The position numbers and the translations under genes were made by a program. Source: an uncultured delta proteobacterium (GTDB taxonomy: Bacteria > Desulfobacterota > Binatia > UBA9968). From it: 64,000 nucleotides of DNA. The stretch covers positions 138,061 through 202,060 of the forward strand of contig CAVTUQ010000022.1 in NCBI GenBank assembly GCA_963737905.1. Direction: 5' to 3'. The notes beneath the pieces were generated by a model, which was not told where the DNA came from, did no database searches, and saw only the letters and a program-made list of their open reading frames with translations. This document shows, piece by piece, positions 1-8,273 of the stretch (positions are counted from its first letter, which is position 1; each line of letters starts with the position of its first letter).

Positions 1-323
1 TCGAGGCTGAGCGGTAGCTCGCTTTCGTTGGGTTTCATGCCGAGAGACAGCGCGCAACGTTCGCCCTCGTTGGGTTTCATGCCGAGAGATAAAGCGCAGC
101 GCTGGCGGGTCGCAAAGACATTGCTCAGCAGGGGAACGCAAGGGTTTGCCGTCCATAGATCGAGCGGTTTTCAAAGAACAGGACGGGAAATTTTTTTTGA
201 TTCTCGAGATGCTGCAGCAGAGCGGTGACTTCGAATTGATGGGGCGCGATAGTTCGCTCAATGCGAACAAAATCATAGGGCAGCCGTTCTTGAAGATCGT
301 CGAGGAAAGCCTCTGAGATCCAT
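1..323 (-). CDS. UbiD-family (de)carboxylase, 5' part; at least two frameshifts, runs off the window edge
   Basis: Not in the ORF track. Manual minus-strand translation from ATG 323 with indels near 306 and 166 gives MDLRGFLDDLQERLPYDFVRIERTIAPHQFEVTALLQHLENQKKFPVLFFEN...PLLSNVFATRQRCALSLG, matching the UbiD N-terminus (DLRxFL, PxLxFEN, NxFxTxxRxAxxLG). Confidence 0.7.
25..101. repeat. 42-bp-period in-frame tandem duplication inside the UbiD-like gene
   Basis: TCGTTGGGTTTCATGCCGAGAGA occurs at 25-47 and 67-89; both copies encode RCALSLGMKPNE on the minus strand. Confidence 0.9.
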
Positions 324-405
324 GCTACATAGTCGTAACTCCGCTACATGCCGGTTTACTTCCTGGTCTAGCAGGAAGCTGAGAAGCTTTCTCGGAGTCC
401 CGGAG

Positions 406-470
406 CTCAGGACGAACGAAAAGAGTTGATGTCAGATTTTTTCCGTTCATGCTGAGGTACTCGAAGCATT
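406..470. repeat. Degenerate REP/MITE-like palindromic element
   Basis: Inverted arms CTCAGGACGAACGAAAA (406-422) and TTTTCCGTTCATGCTGAG (439-456), followed by ..TCGAAGCA; resembles the CCGTTCxTxCTGAGxxxGTCGAAG class of intergenic repeats. Confidence 0.6.
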
Positions 471-1484
471 CCTAACTTTTCATCAGTACTCTGATCTTCT
501 AACCCTGCCACTTGCGCTAAGGCTCTCTGCGTATACACCTTTGCCATGCGCTTCCGATACCAATAATCCAAATCGGCGTTGTCCAGCGGATGGGAAATTT
601 TTGCCGCGGCATCCGCGACGGCGTCAATCAGCTCCTTTGTGATTTTCTTACCCTGAAGCAACGTCGATGCTTCAGCGACGACTTTCGGCGCCGACGCGAC
701 GGCGGTTAACACCACTCTTGCATGACGGCATTCGCCTTGTTCGTCAGTCTCCATCGTTGCGGCGACGCCCAAGATCGGAAAATCGAAGGAGCCACGGCGG
801 CGCAATTTAAGATAGACATTGCGCCGTGCCAAGCTTTCCCGCGGAATGAGTAATCCCTTCAGCACTTCGTCTTTGGCTTTGGCCGAATAATCAATTCCGT
901 CGTCGATATACAATTCTTCGAGCTTGCCTCGCCGCTCGCCATTTTTGCTTACCAGGATAGCCTCGGCTCCCAGACTCACGAGAACGGGCGCAGTGTCCGA
1001 CGAGGCGATCGCCAGGCACTTTGCGCTACCGGGAGCAACTAAACAAATCTCGCCCGTCCTTTTTCATGCAGAAGCCCACTGCCTGGCGCCAGAAGAAAGT
1101 CTGATCGTAGTAATTGCAGCGCGTGTCGACGAGAACATTGCCGCCGATAGTGCCCATGTTGCGCAATTGTGGCGTGGAGACAGATTCCGCCGCGTGGGCG
1201 AGAGCGGGAAAATGTTTGGCGATGAGTCGATGATTCGCAACCGCTGTCAGACTTTCGCCGGCGCCGATCCAAAGACCTTCCTTGCTCTGACGAATCCCTT
1301 TCAGCTCGCGCAGGTTTCTTAGCGAGATTAAATGCCTCGGCGTGAATTGCCCACGCTTCATTTTTGGATACACGTCCGTGCCCCCGGCCACGAGCATCGC
1401 ATCGGTGCCCAATTCGGCCAATGCTTTGGTTGCCTGTTTCAGCGAGCGCGGTTGGATGTAGTTAAACTCTGGTAGTCGAAGCAT
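407..1484 (-). CDS. hcrB: 4-hydroxybenzoyl-CoA reductase beta-like FAD subunit with [4Fe-4S] insert (one frameshift ~1054)
   Basis: AGGTD, A..V..PQLRNMGTIGGN, KLRRRGSFDFP. Removing one G at ~1054 joins ORFs 1026..1484 and 407..979 and restores RCNYYDQTFFWRQAVGFCMKKDGEICLVAPGSAKCLAIASSDTAP, the 4-Cys insert typical of HcrB. The true stop may be ~499. Confidence 0.8.
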
Positions 1485-1567
1485 GGTTCGACTTTATTTA
1501 AACTCTGCGATCATGGCAAACTTCACTCTGCCACTGGCGATAGCGAGCGCGAGTCGAATCCGAATCT

Positions 1568-1605
1568 CCCTCGTCCCGCCGTCCGGGAGAGGGCAAGGAT
1601 GATGG
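1568..1605. repeat. GC-rich intergenic hairpin (CCCTCTCCC...GGGAGAGGG REP-like class)
   Basis: CCCTCGTCCCG-CCGTC-CGGGAGAGGG stem-loop between hcrA and hcrB. Confidence 0.5.
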
Positions 1606-1646
1606 CCGAATCCGACCAAAATCGCCCGAGGATGTTCAGTTTAACC

Positions 1647-4022
1647 TCAACTCTTTTGCGTCACTTCGATACCTTCGCCAGGTTGCCATTTTATCGGCGT
1701 GGGAAATTTAAAATCAGGAATTGACACCGCCTTCAATCGCCCTTCGAGAGCTCGAAGAATTTTGTCCGGTGTGATCGGAACTTCATGGATACGCACTCCA
1801 ATGGCGTCGTAGACGGCGTTCGCGACCGCAGGAACCACAGGCAACAGCGGCCCCTGGCCGGCTTCCTTCGCTCCGTAGGGTCCTTCCGGATCGTTGGTTT
1901 CCACCAGGATCGTTTCGATCTCCGGTGTTTCCAGTGTGGTCGGACTCTTGTATTCCAAAATCGATGGTATTTTATGCAGTCCGTTTTTGCGAAAAATTTG
2001 CTCCTCCATCAGCGCTTCGCCGAGAGCCATATAAACGCTGCCTTCGGTTTGACCTTCGACGAGCAGCGGATTAAAGGCGCGTCCGCAATCGTGCGCGATC
2101 CAGACTTTATCTATTTTGATTTGGCCCGTAATGCTGTCGCAGTGAAGCTCGACGATAGAGGTAGAAAAGCTGTAGGACGGCGTGGGACCGACTCCCGAGC
2201 CTTTGAAATCACGCGGATTCTTCGGCGGCCAGTAGCTGCCGGTGGCGCCGAGCGTCCCATATTTTCCCTCGGCCTTGGTCACCGCGTCAGCGAAGCTCAT
2301 GCCACGTTCGGGGAAGCTTGAGCTGCGAATCTTGCCGTCGGCGAATTCGAGATCGTCCGGCGGTACTTCCAGCGCTTTACTCGCCGCTTCGAGCAGCATG
2401 GGTTTGAGCTTGCCGCAGGCCTGCACCGCGGCGTTGCCGGTCATCACAGTCACCCGGCTGGAATAACTGCCTAGGTCCACCGGCGTCAAATCCGTATCGG
2501 CGGTCAACACTCTGATGTCGGCAGGATCGATGCCGAACTCTTCCGCGACGGCATAAGCGAGAATGGAGTCGGATCCCTGGCCGATATCTATGGAGCCGCA
2601 AAACACCGCGACTCCGCCGCTGCGGTCGAGTTTGATCTGCACGCCGGAGTGGGGCATGTCGTTCCAGTAAATCGGCAAGCCCGCGCCGCTGATATAAGAG
2701 CTGGCCGCGAAACCGACGCCGTGGCCAAAGGGAAGCTTGCGGAATTTATTCTTCCACTCGGCGCGCTCGGCGACGCGCTCGCTGCATTCGCGTAGTCCGG
2801 TGGTGCTCACCCGCAGGCCGTTGATGGTCGTTGTGTTGGGCTCCACAAGCTGTTTAAGCCGGAGATCGATGGGATCGATGCCAAGCTTTTCGGCGATTTC
2901 GTCCAGTTGAATCTCCAGAGCAAAGCGCGGCTGCGGCGTGCCGTGACCCCGCTTTGGCCCGCAGGCGGGCTTGTTGGTGAAGACGCGCACGCCTTCGAAC
3001 TTGTAAGCCGGCACTTTGTAGGTGACCGTCTGCAGCGCGCCGGTATAGTAGACGGTCGCCAATCCATAGCTGCTGTAGCCGCCGCCATCGAGAAAAGTCT
3101 TATACTGCATCGCCTGAATCGTACCGTCGTTCTTCACGCCGGTCTTTGCAAACATCTTGACCGGGTGTCTGCCGCGGTGGACATAGAAGGATTCCTCGCG
3201 GGTAAGCGTGATTTTCACCGGTCTTCGCGTGATCATGGAGAGTTTGGCCACTGCGATCTCGTGCGAAAAAGGATCGCTCTTGCCGCCGAAACCGCCTCCC
3301 ACGGGAGTCGCAACTACACGGATGCGGCTTGCGGGAAGTTTCAGAACCTTGGCCAAAGCGCGGTGGAGATAATGGGGCGTCTGGGTTGAAGACCAAACCG
3401 TGAGCTTATCGTCCGGTCCATGGAAACCCACGGCACAATACTGTTCCATGGGCAGGTGGGTGTTGCCCTGATAGAAAAAAGTTCCCTCGAAAATGTGGTC
3501 CGAGTGGGCGAATCCGCCTTCGATGTCGCCGAATTCGAAGGACACGGCCTTTTGAATATTGGCCTGCCGGTTCCACGTGTGAATCCGTTCACTCTCCTCT
3601 GTGGAGGCCAGCGCCTCTTCGATAGTGAGAATCGGTTTCAGAACTTCATATTCGACGTCGAGGTAGCCAAGCGCCTTTTCGGCTAGGCTCTCGCTGGCTG
3701 CCGCTACCGCCGCCACCGGATCGCCTGCGTAACGCGCCTTGTCGGTGACAAGCGTCTCCTCGTCCTGGGTCGAAGGCATGATGCCGAACTTTTCCGGCAA
3801 GTCTTCGCCGGTGATCACGGCGAACACGCCTTCGAGCTGGAGCGCCCGCGTGGCATTGATGCTGAGGACGCGCGCGTGGGGGTGGGGGCTCCGCAAAAGT
3901 TTCGCATAAGTCATACGGGGAAGATTGAGATCATCCGCAAAGACCGTCTCGCCCGCGCACTTGGCCATCGCATCGATCTTGCGGAGCGGTTTTCCGATCA
4001 CCGAGAAGTTTTTCTTTTTCAT
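1647..4022 (-). CDS. hcrA: Xanthine-dehydrogenase-family molybdopterin subunit, 4-hydroxybenzoyl-CoA reductase alpha-like
   Basis: RSPHPHA, STQTPH, GGGFGGK, KRGHG, DIGQGS, GSYSSRVT, GQTEG, GPYGAKEAGQG; lies between 2Fe-2S and FAD subunits in hcrC-A-B order. Confidence 0.75.
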   Translation of the reverse strand: MKKKNFSVIGKPLRKIDAMAKCAGETVFADDLNLPRMTYAKLLRSPHPHARVLSINATRALQLEGVFAVITGEDLPEKFGIMPSTQDEETLVTDKARYAGDPVAAVAAASESLAEKALGYLDVEYEVLKPILTIEEALASTEESERIHTWNRQANIQKAVSFEFGDIEGGFAHSDHIFEGTFFYQGNTHLPMEQYCAVGFHGPDDKLTVWSSTQTPHYLHRALAKVLKLPASRIRVVATPVGGGFGGKSDPFSHEIAVAKLSMITRRPVKITLTREESFYVHRGRHPVKMFAKTGVKNDGTIQAMQYKTFLDGGGYSSYGLATVYYTGALQTVTYKVPAYKFEGVRVFTNKPACGPKRGHGTPQPRFALEIQLDEIAEKLGIDPIDLRLKQLVEPNTTTINGLRVSTTGLRECSERVAERAEWKNKFRKLPFGHGVGFAASSYISGAGLPIYWNDMPHSGVQIKLDRSGGVAVFCGSIDIGQGSDSILAYAVAEEFGIDPADIRVLTADTDLTPVDLGSYSSRVTVMTGNAAVQACGKLKPMLLEAASKALEVPPDDLEFADGKIRSSSFPERGMSFADAVTKAEGKYGTLGATGSYWPPKNPRDFKGSGVGPTPSYSFSTSIVELHCDSITGQIKIDKVWIAHDCGRAFNPLLVEGQTEGSVYMALGEALMEEQIFRKNGLHKIPSILEYKSPTTLETPEIETILVETNDPEGPYGAKEAGQGPLLPVVPAVANAVYDAIGVRIHEVPITPDKILRALEGRLKAVSIPDFKFPTPIKWQPGEGIEVTQKS

Positions 4023-4082
4023 GACGTTTCGCTTTTGCTATACAGTCAATTCAGTCTGGGATCTTTGAACGCGAGTGAAATC

Positions 4083-4169
4083 AGATCCTTCGCTGTGCTC
4101 AGGATGAAGAGAAAGGATACCGAATGAAAAGCCGTCCGGCCGTCATTCTGAGCCGCAGGCGAAGAATCT
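4083..4169. repeat. Inverted pair of REP-like elements (GTCATTCTGAG...GCGAAGAATCT class)
   Basis: AGATCCTTCGCTGTGCTCAGGATGA (4083-4107) is the diverged reverse complement of TCATTCTGAGCCGCAGGCGAAGAATCT (4143-4169). Confidence 0.7.
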
Positions 4170-4205
4170 CGTCTTTTTACATCATAGCCGTAGCTTCATT
4201 TTGCC

Positions 4206-4715
4206 TTACCCGGCATATTGCTTGGCAGCGAACTCGACCGCTTGCAAAATTTTTGTATAGCCGGTGCAGCGACAGAGATTTCCAGACAGGGCTTGGCGAA
4301 TCTCGTCGCGAGTCGGCTGCGGGTTCTTGTCTAACAGGGCCTTGGCGGTGAGGAGTATTCCGGGAATGCAATAGCCGCATTGTGCTGCGCCAAGATCCGC
4401 GAAGGCCGTCTGCAGCGGATGGGGTTTGCCATTCTGTACCATGCCTTCCACCGTGACGATTTCGGTGTTTTCCGCTTCGATGCCCAGCATCAGACACGAC
4501 AGTACCGGCGCGCCATCAACAAGCACCGCGCAAGTACCGCACTCTCCCAGCTCGCAACCATGTTTGGTGCCGGTGAGACCCATGTCCTCACGCAGCACCT
4601 CTAACAACGTCTTGTTGATCTCAGTGGCGACTTCCTTTGTCTCGCCGTTGACCCGGAGCTGGAGTAGCGTTTTCGCCAGCTTGCCGTCCGTTCGGTTCTT
4701 TTTGCTTATTCTCAT
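4206..4715 (-). CDS. hcrC: 2x[2Fe-2S] small subunit (HcrC/CoxS-like)
   Basis: GTKHGCELGECGTCAV...SC, QCGYCIPG, GNLCRCTGY. Confidence 0.85.
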   Translation of the reverse strand: MRISKKNRTDGKLAKTLLQLRVNGETKEVATEINKTLLEVLREDMGLTGTKHGCELGECGTCAVLVDGAPVLSCLMLGIEAENTEIVTVEGMVQNGKPHPLQTAFADLGAAQCGYCIPGILLTAKALLDKNPQPTRDEIRQALSGNLCRCTGYTKILQAVEFAAKQYAG

Positions 4716-4836
4716 GCCCGTTCTGACTAGGGCTGAGCGGTTTTACTTGGCTTACATTGCGTCTTTGCGCGAGATTATTCTTGTCCTATCGTTTTCCGAA
4801 AATGTAACGCGGACTCCCTTATAGTCACACCCGCCC

Positions 4837-6123
4837 CTACAACTTGAAGAATCTTTTAGCCTTGAGTTCGAATCTCGGCAAGGTTCCCGGCGCAACCCGT
4901 TCAACTTGAGGGCGAAGGCCGATGCGCTCACGTATGCGTCGGCTCACGTTCTCCGCCAGCAATCCAGTGGAACTCTGGTCGGCGCATGGCTCTATGATGA
5001 TCCTGAGCTCTTTCATCGCTTCTTTTTCAAAGACTTCCACGCGAAACTCTTCGATCTCAGGAAATTCCCGCATGACGTTTTCAATCGCGCTCGGGAACAC
5101 GTTTACACCGCGGAGAATAACCATATCATCGACCCGCCCTAACACGCCACCTTGCAAGAGCAAAAACGGCCTGCCGCATGGACACGACTGGTAACTGGGT
5201 TGAACTAGATCGCCGGTTCTATATCGGATGACGGGACTGCCGATCCTGCCGAGATTAGTAATAACCAGTTCACCTTTTTCTCCTTCGGAAACCCCTTTCC
5301 CGGTGTCGGGGTCCAGGATCTCGGCAATGAATTCACTTTCGTTAACGTGGACGGCTCCGGATTGACATTCAAATGCGAAAGCGCCGACCTCGGTGGCGCC
5401 GGGGTGATCAAAGCATTTTGCTCCCCACAATTCTTCAATCATTTTTTTGGTACTGGGGATACTTGCCCCGGGCTCGCCGGCATGGATGGTGATCTTAATA
5501 GCGGACTCTCGCGCCAGATCGATTCCTGTTTTTTTCGCTTCCGAAGCCATATGTAGCGCATACGTCGGCGTGCAGACAAGCACCGTAGCCCCGTAATCAA
5601 TTATCGTCTTAAATCGCTGCGACGTCGATTGACCTCCGCCGGAAATAGCCATGGCTCCTAGCTTTCGCGCTCCCTCCCAGCCCGCCCAAAAACCGATAAA
5701 AGGACCAAAAGAAAATGCAAAGTAGATTCGATCCCCAGGATGAACGCCCGCCGCTTCAAAGATGACCTTCCAACATGCCGCCCACCAATCCCAGGATTCT
5801 TCGGTATCGAGCCAGTACATCGGTTTTCCCGTCGTGCCCGAGGTCTGATGGATTCGGATGTAACGTTCCAGCGAAAACGTTAACCCGGTGCCAAAGGGGG
5901 GATAAAGCACCTGATTCTCGACCAGCTCGCTCTTTTTCGTAAGAGGCAGACTCTTCAACGTCTCCATGGAGACGATATCGGAAAATTCACGTGCCGAAAA
6001 CTTCTTTCGGTAAAACGCGTTCGCCGGCAGAGCTAGTTGAAGCATTTCACCGAGTCGATCGAGCTGTCGGTGCTCCAGCGCGCTGCGGCTGCTTAGTGTA
6101 TTCATAGGATCCGTCAGCGCCAT
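4837..6123 (-). CDS. Phenylacetate-CoA ligase (PaaK)-family aryl-CoA ligase
   Basis: HQTSGTTGKP, CTPTYAL, AGEPG, GATEVG, IRYRTGD, GRVDDM..RGVNVFPS; start 6123 chosen for upstream GAGG (6150 possible). Confidence 0.85.
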   Translation of the reverse strand: MALTDPMNTLSSRSALEHRQLDRLGEMLQLALPANAFYRKKFSAREFSDIVSMETLKSLPLTKKSELVENQVLYPPFGTGLTFSLERYIRIHQTSGTTGKPMYWLDTEESWDWWAACWKVIFEAAGVHPGDRIYFAFSFGPFIGFWAGWEGARKLGAMAISGGGQSTSQRFKTIIDYGATVLVCTPTYALHMASEAKKTGIDLARESAIKITIHAGEPGASIPSTKKMIEELWGAKCFDHPGATEVGAFAFECQSGAVHVNESEFIAEILDPDTGKGVSEGEKGELVITNLGRIGSPVIRYRTGDLVQPSYQSCPCGRPFLLLQGGVLGRVDDMVILRGVNVFPSAIENVMREFPEIEEFRVEVFEKEAMKELRIIIEPCADQSSTGLLAENVSRRIRERIGLRPQVERVAPGTLPRFELKAKRFFKL

Positions 6124-6323
6124 CCTAGCCTCGGTATGAAGCCGATTCAAGGCAATTTATTGAGCCCGTGATGAACTGCCCGCCTCGATATTTCCCGCAT
6201 GAGCAAACAACCGATAAATCGTGGCTTGCCGTGGACCCCGCGTTTGTTGTAAACGTCTAGCCGGTCGCACGTGTAGCGAGTGGATCGGATGCCTGTGTGA
6301 CAGACTCGCGCGACGGAGGACGT

Positions 6324-7310
6324 ATGGTTATCTCTTTTCGAATCGCAGTTGTGCTTCTGGTCTGTGTCGTGGTTTCCTCTGCGGTGATCGCACAGGAGAA
6401 ACCCAAGATCTTTTTAGGGGCTTCGAGCAAGACTCTGGGTTACAGCCCGCTCTGGGTCGGCGCGAGAAAGGGTTTCTTCGAGCAGCAAGGTTTAGATGTG
6501 CAGTTGGTGTTGTTGCGCGGGATGCCGATGACCGTTCAGGCTCTTTCGGCGGGGTCTTTGCATATTGGCTCTGGGGGCGCTGAACCCTATATCGATGCAT
6601 CGGAGCGGGGCCTGGATTTTATCCTCACCGGCGGCGTCATCAACGGCACGGCGCAATTCATTATCGCAGCGAAAAATATCAAGACTTATGAAGACCTCCG
6701 GGGGGCCACCTTTGGCACGGCGTCATTGACTGGCGGTACGATTACGGTGCTGCGCGAGGCGCTGAAGTTGAAAGGGTTGGAATACCCGCGCGATTATAAA
6801 CTGTTGATCATCGCCGGGGGCTCGGCGACCAACCTTGCGGCGTTGCAGTCGGGCCAAATCAGCGCCACCACCGTCGCAGTGCCGTTGAATTATGCCGCAG
6901 AAGAAGCCGGTTTCAATGTCATCGGCAAGCTTTCGGACGGTGTTCCCTATTTTCAAACCAACGTCATCGCAACGCGAAGAAGTTGGGCGGAAAAGAACCG
7001 CCCCGTGATGGTGCGTTTCATGCGAGCGATGGTGGAGTCGCTGCGCTGGCTGCACGAAAACAGAGAAGCTGCCATCGACTTTCTGGCCAAAGAGATGCAA
7101 CTCAAGCCGGTTCACGCCCGCAAGGGTTGGGAGTTTTATACGCAGAATCGCTTCTGGCCGCCCGACGGCGAAGTCACTATGGAAGGACTCAAGTACAATA
7201 TCCGCATTTACGCCGAGCAAACGGGCGCGAAAGGGCCGCTGCCCGAGCCCAGTAAATACGTGGACCAGAGTTATCTGTCCGAGGCGTTGAAACAGATCGA
7301 TAAGCGATGA
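6324..7310 (+). CDS. Orphan ABC transporter substrate-binding protein (NMT1/THI5/SsuA-like)
   Basis: Sec signal peptide; PLWVG..KGFF..QGLDV, DLRG..G, AALQSGQI; GGAGGA RBS; no permease or ATPase nearby. Confidence 0.8.
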   Translation: MVISFRIAVVLLVCVVVSSAVIAQEKPKIFLGASSKTLGYSPLWVGARKGFFEQQGLDVQLVLLRGMPMTVQALSAGSLHIGSGGAEPYIDASERGLDFILTGGVINGTAQFIIAAKNIKTYEDLRGATFGTASLTGGTITVLREALKLKGLEYPRDYKLLIIAGGSATNLAALQSGQISATTVAVPLNYAAEEAGFNVIGKLSDGVPYFQTNVIATRRSWAEKNRPVMVRFMRAMVESLRWLHENREAAIDFLAKEMQLKPVHARKGWEFYTQNRFWPPDGEVTMEGLKYNIRIYAEQTGAKGPLPEPSKYVDQSYLSEALKQIDKR

Positions 7311-7444
7311 GACGAGCGAGTAACGAGAGCGCGGCATAGGACGTGATACGAATAGCCAGTTATCATAAGTAGGGAAATTGGAATCCGAGAATTTGAAGTT
7401 TGGCAGCAGACTCGTTCGCTTCGGTTAGCTAAAATCTCTATTTG

Positions 7445-8032
7445 TTATTCCCTGGGCCGCCACATGTACCAGGTCGGAGTGCCGATAAGCAGCTCTTCGC
7501 GCCGCACAACGAATCCGAACGTTTTGTAGAATTCAACATTTTCCGGTTTGTCGGTTTCGAGATAGCCGGCGGATCGCTCCTGATCGAGATGCTCGATGTA
7601 ACGATTCATCAATGCCGTGCCGATTCCTTGTCCCTGAGCCTCGGGAGCTACGCCGATGGGTCCCAGGTGGACGTGCGGTTCGTCAGGGTCGAGATGGCAC
7701 CATCGAGCAAACCACTTGATGACCTGCGGAATTGCCTCGCCGAGAGGTTTCAATAGGGTTGTAACCGCCAGCGGAATCTCTTCTGGCGCCGGGAGACAAT
7801 AGGGCGACGCGTTAAAGTGGATATAGCCCAGGACTCGACCCTCTCCCAACGCGACAAAGGCTTGGCCGGCGAACATATGCCGGAGGCCGATGCGGAAAAA
7901 CAATCGATTTTGATCGATGCGTTGCGAGCCGAAAGCCGAGACATGAAGGGGGTTGGTAACAAACGCCTCGGCTAGCATGGATACCGTAGTGTCCAATCGT
8001 TCAGCGGAATACTTTTGAATTGTAGGTGTCAT
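7445..8032 (-). CDS. GNAT-family N-acetyltransferase
   Basis: [20 protein letters not shown] (motif A), [14 protein letters not shown]. Confidence 0.85.
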   Translation of the reverse strand: MTPTIQKYSAERLDTTVSMLAEAFVTNPLHVSAFGSQRIDQNRLFFRIGLRHMFAGQAFVALGEGRVLGYIHFNASPYCLPAPEEIPLAVTTLLKPLGEAIPQVIKWFARWCHLDPDEPHVHLGPIGVAPEAQGQGIGTALMNRYIEHLDQERSAGYLETDKPENVEFYKTFGFVVRREELLIGTPTWYMWRPRE

Positions 8033-8273
8033 ACTTATTCCTGCTCCGACGGGATCTAAAAGGATTATTGCTATCCCGCCTCCCTGGATCATCCGGGAGA
8101 GGCTTACCGAAATGCTAGCATCTCTTTGGCCATTTTTTAAAAGCTTAGCCACTGTCTCGCGAAGCTCGCGGGGCCGTTTCACGGCTGTTTTTCAAGTTCG
8201 AATCTTCCCTGTTGCTTTATCCCCCCACCCTCGCTACAAAATACTTAGTCTCAGACCTGTAAAGGAGATCCCT

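Noticed and set aside
25-101. CRISPR array
   Set aside because: Only two units, the intervening parts are also homologous, the period is an in-frame 42 bp within coding sequence, and no cas genes are present.
407-500. Repeat-derived C-terminal extension of HcrB as a real exaptation
   Set aside because: Deleting one G (GCA GGG TTA G to GCA GGT TAG) ends the gene at ~499, just before the repeat; likely another indel.
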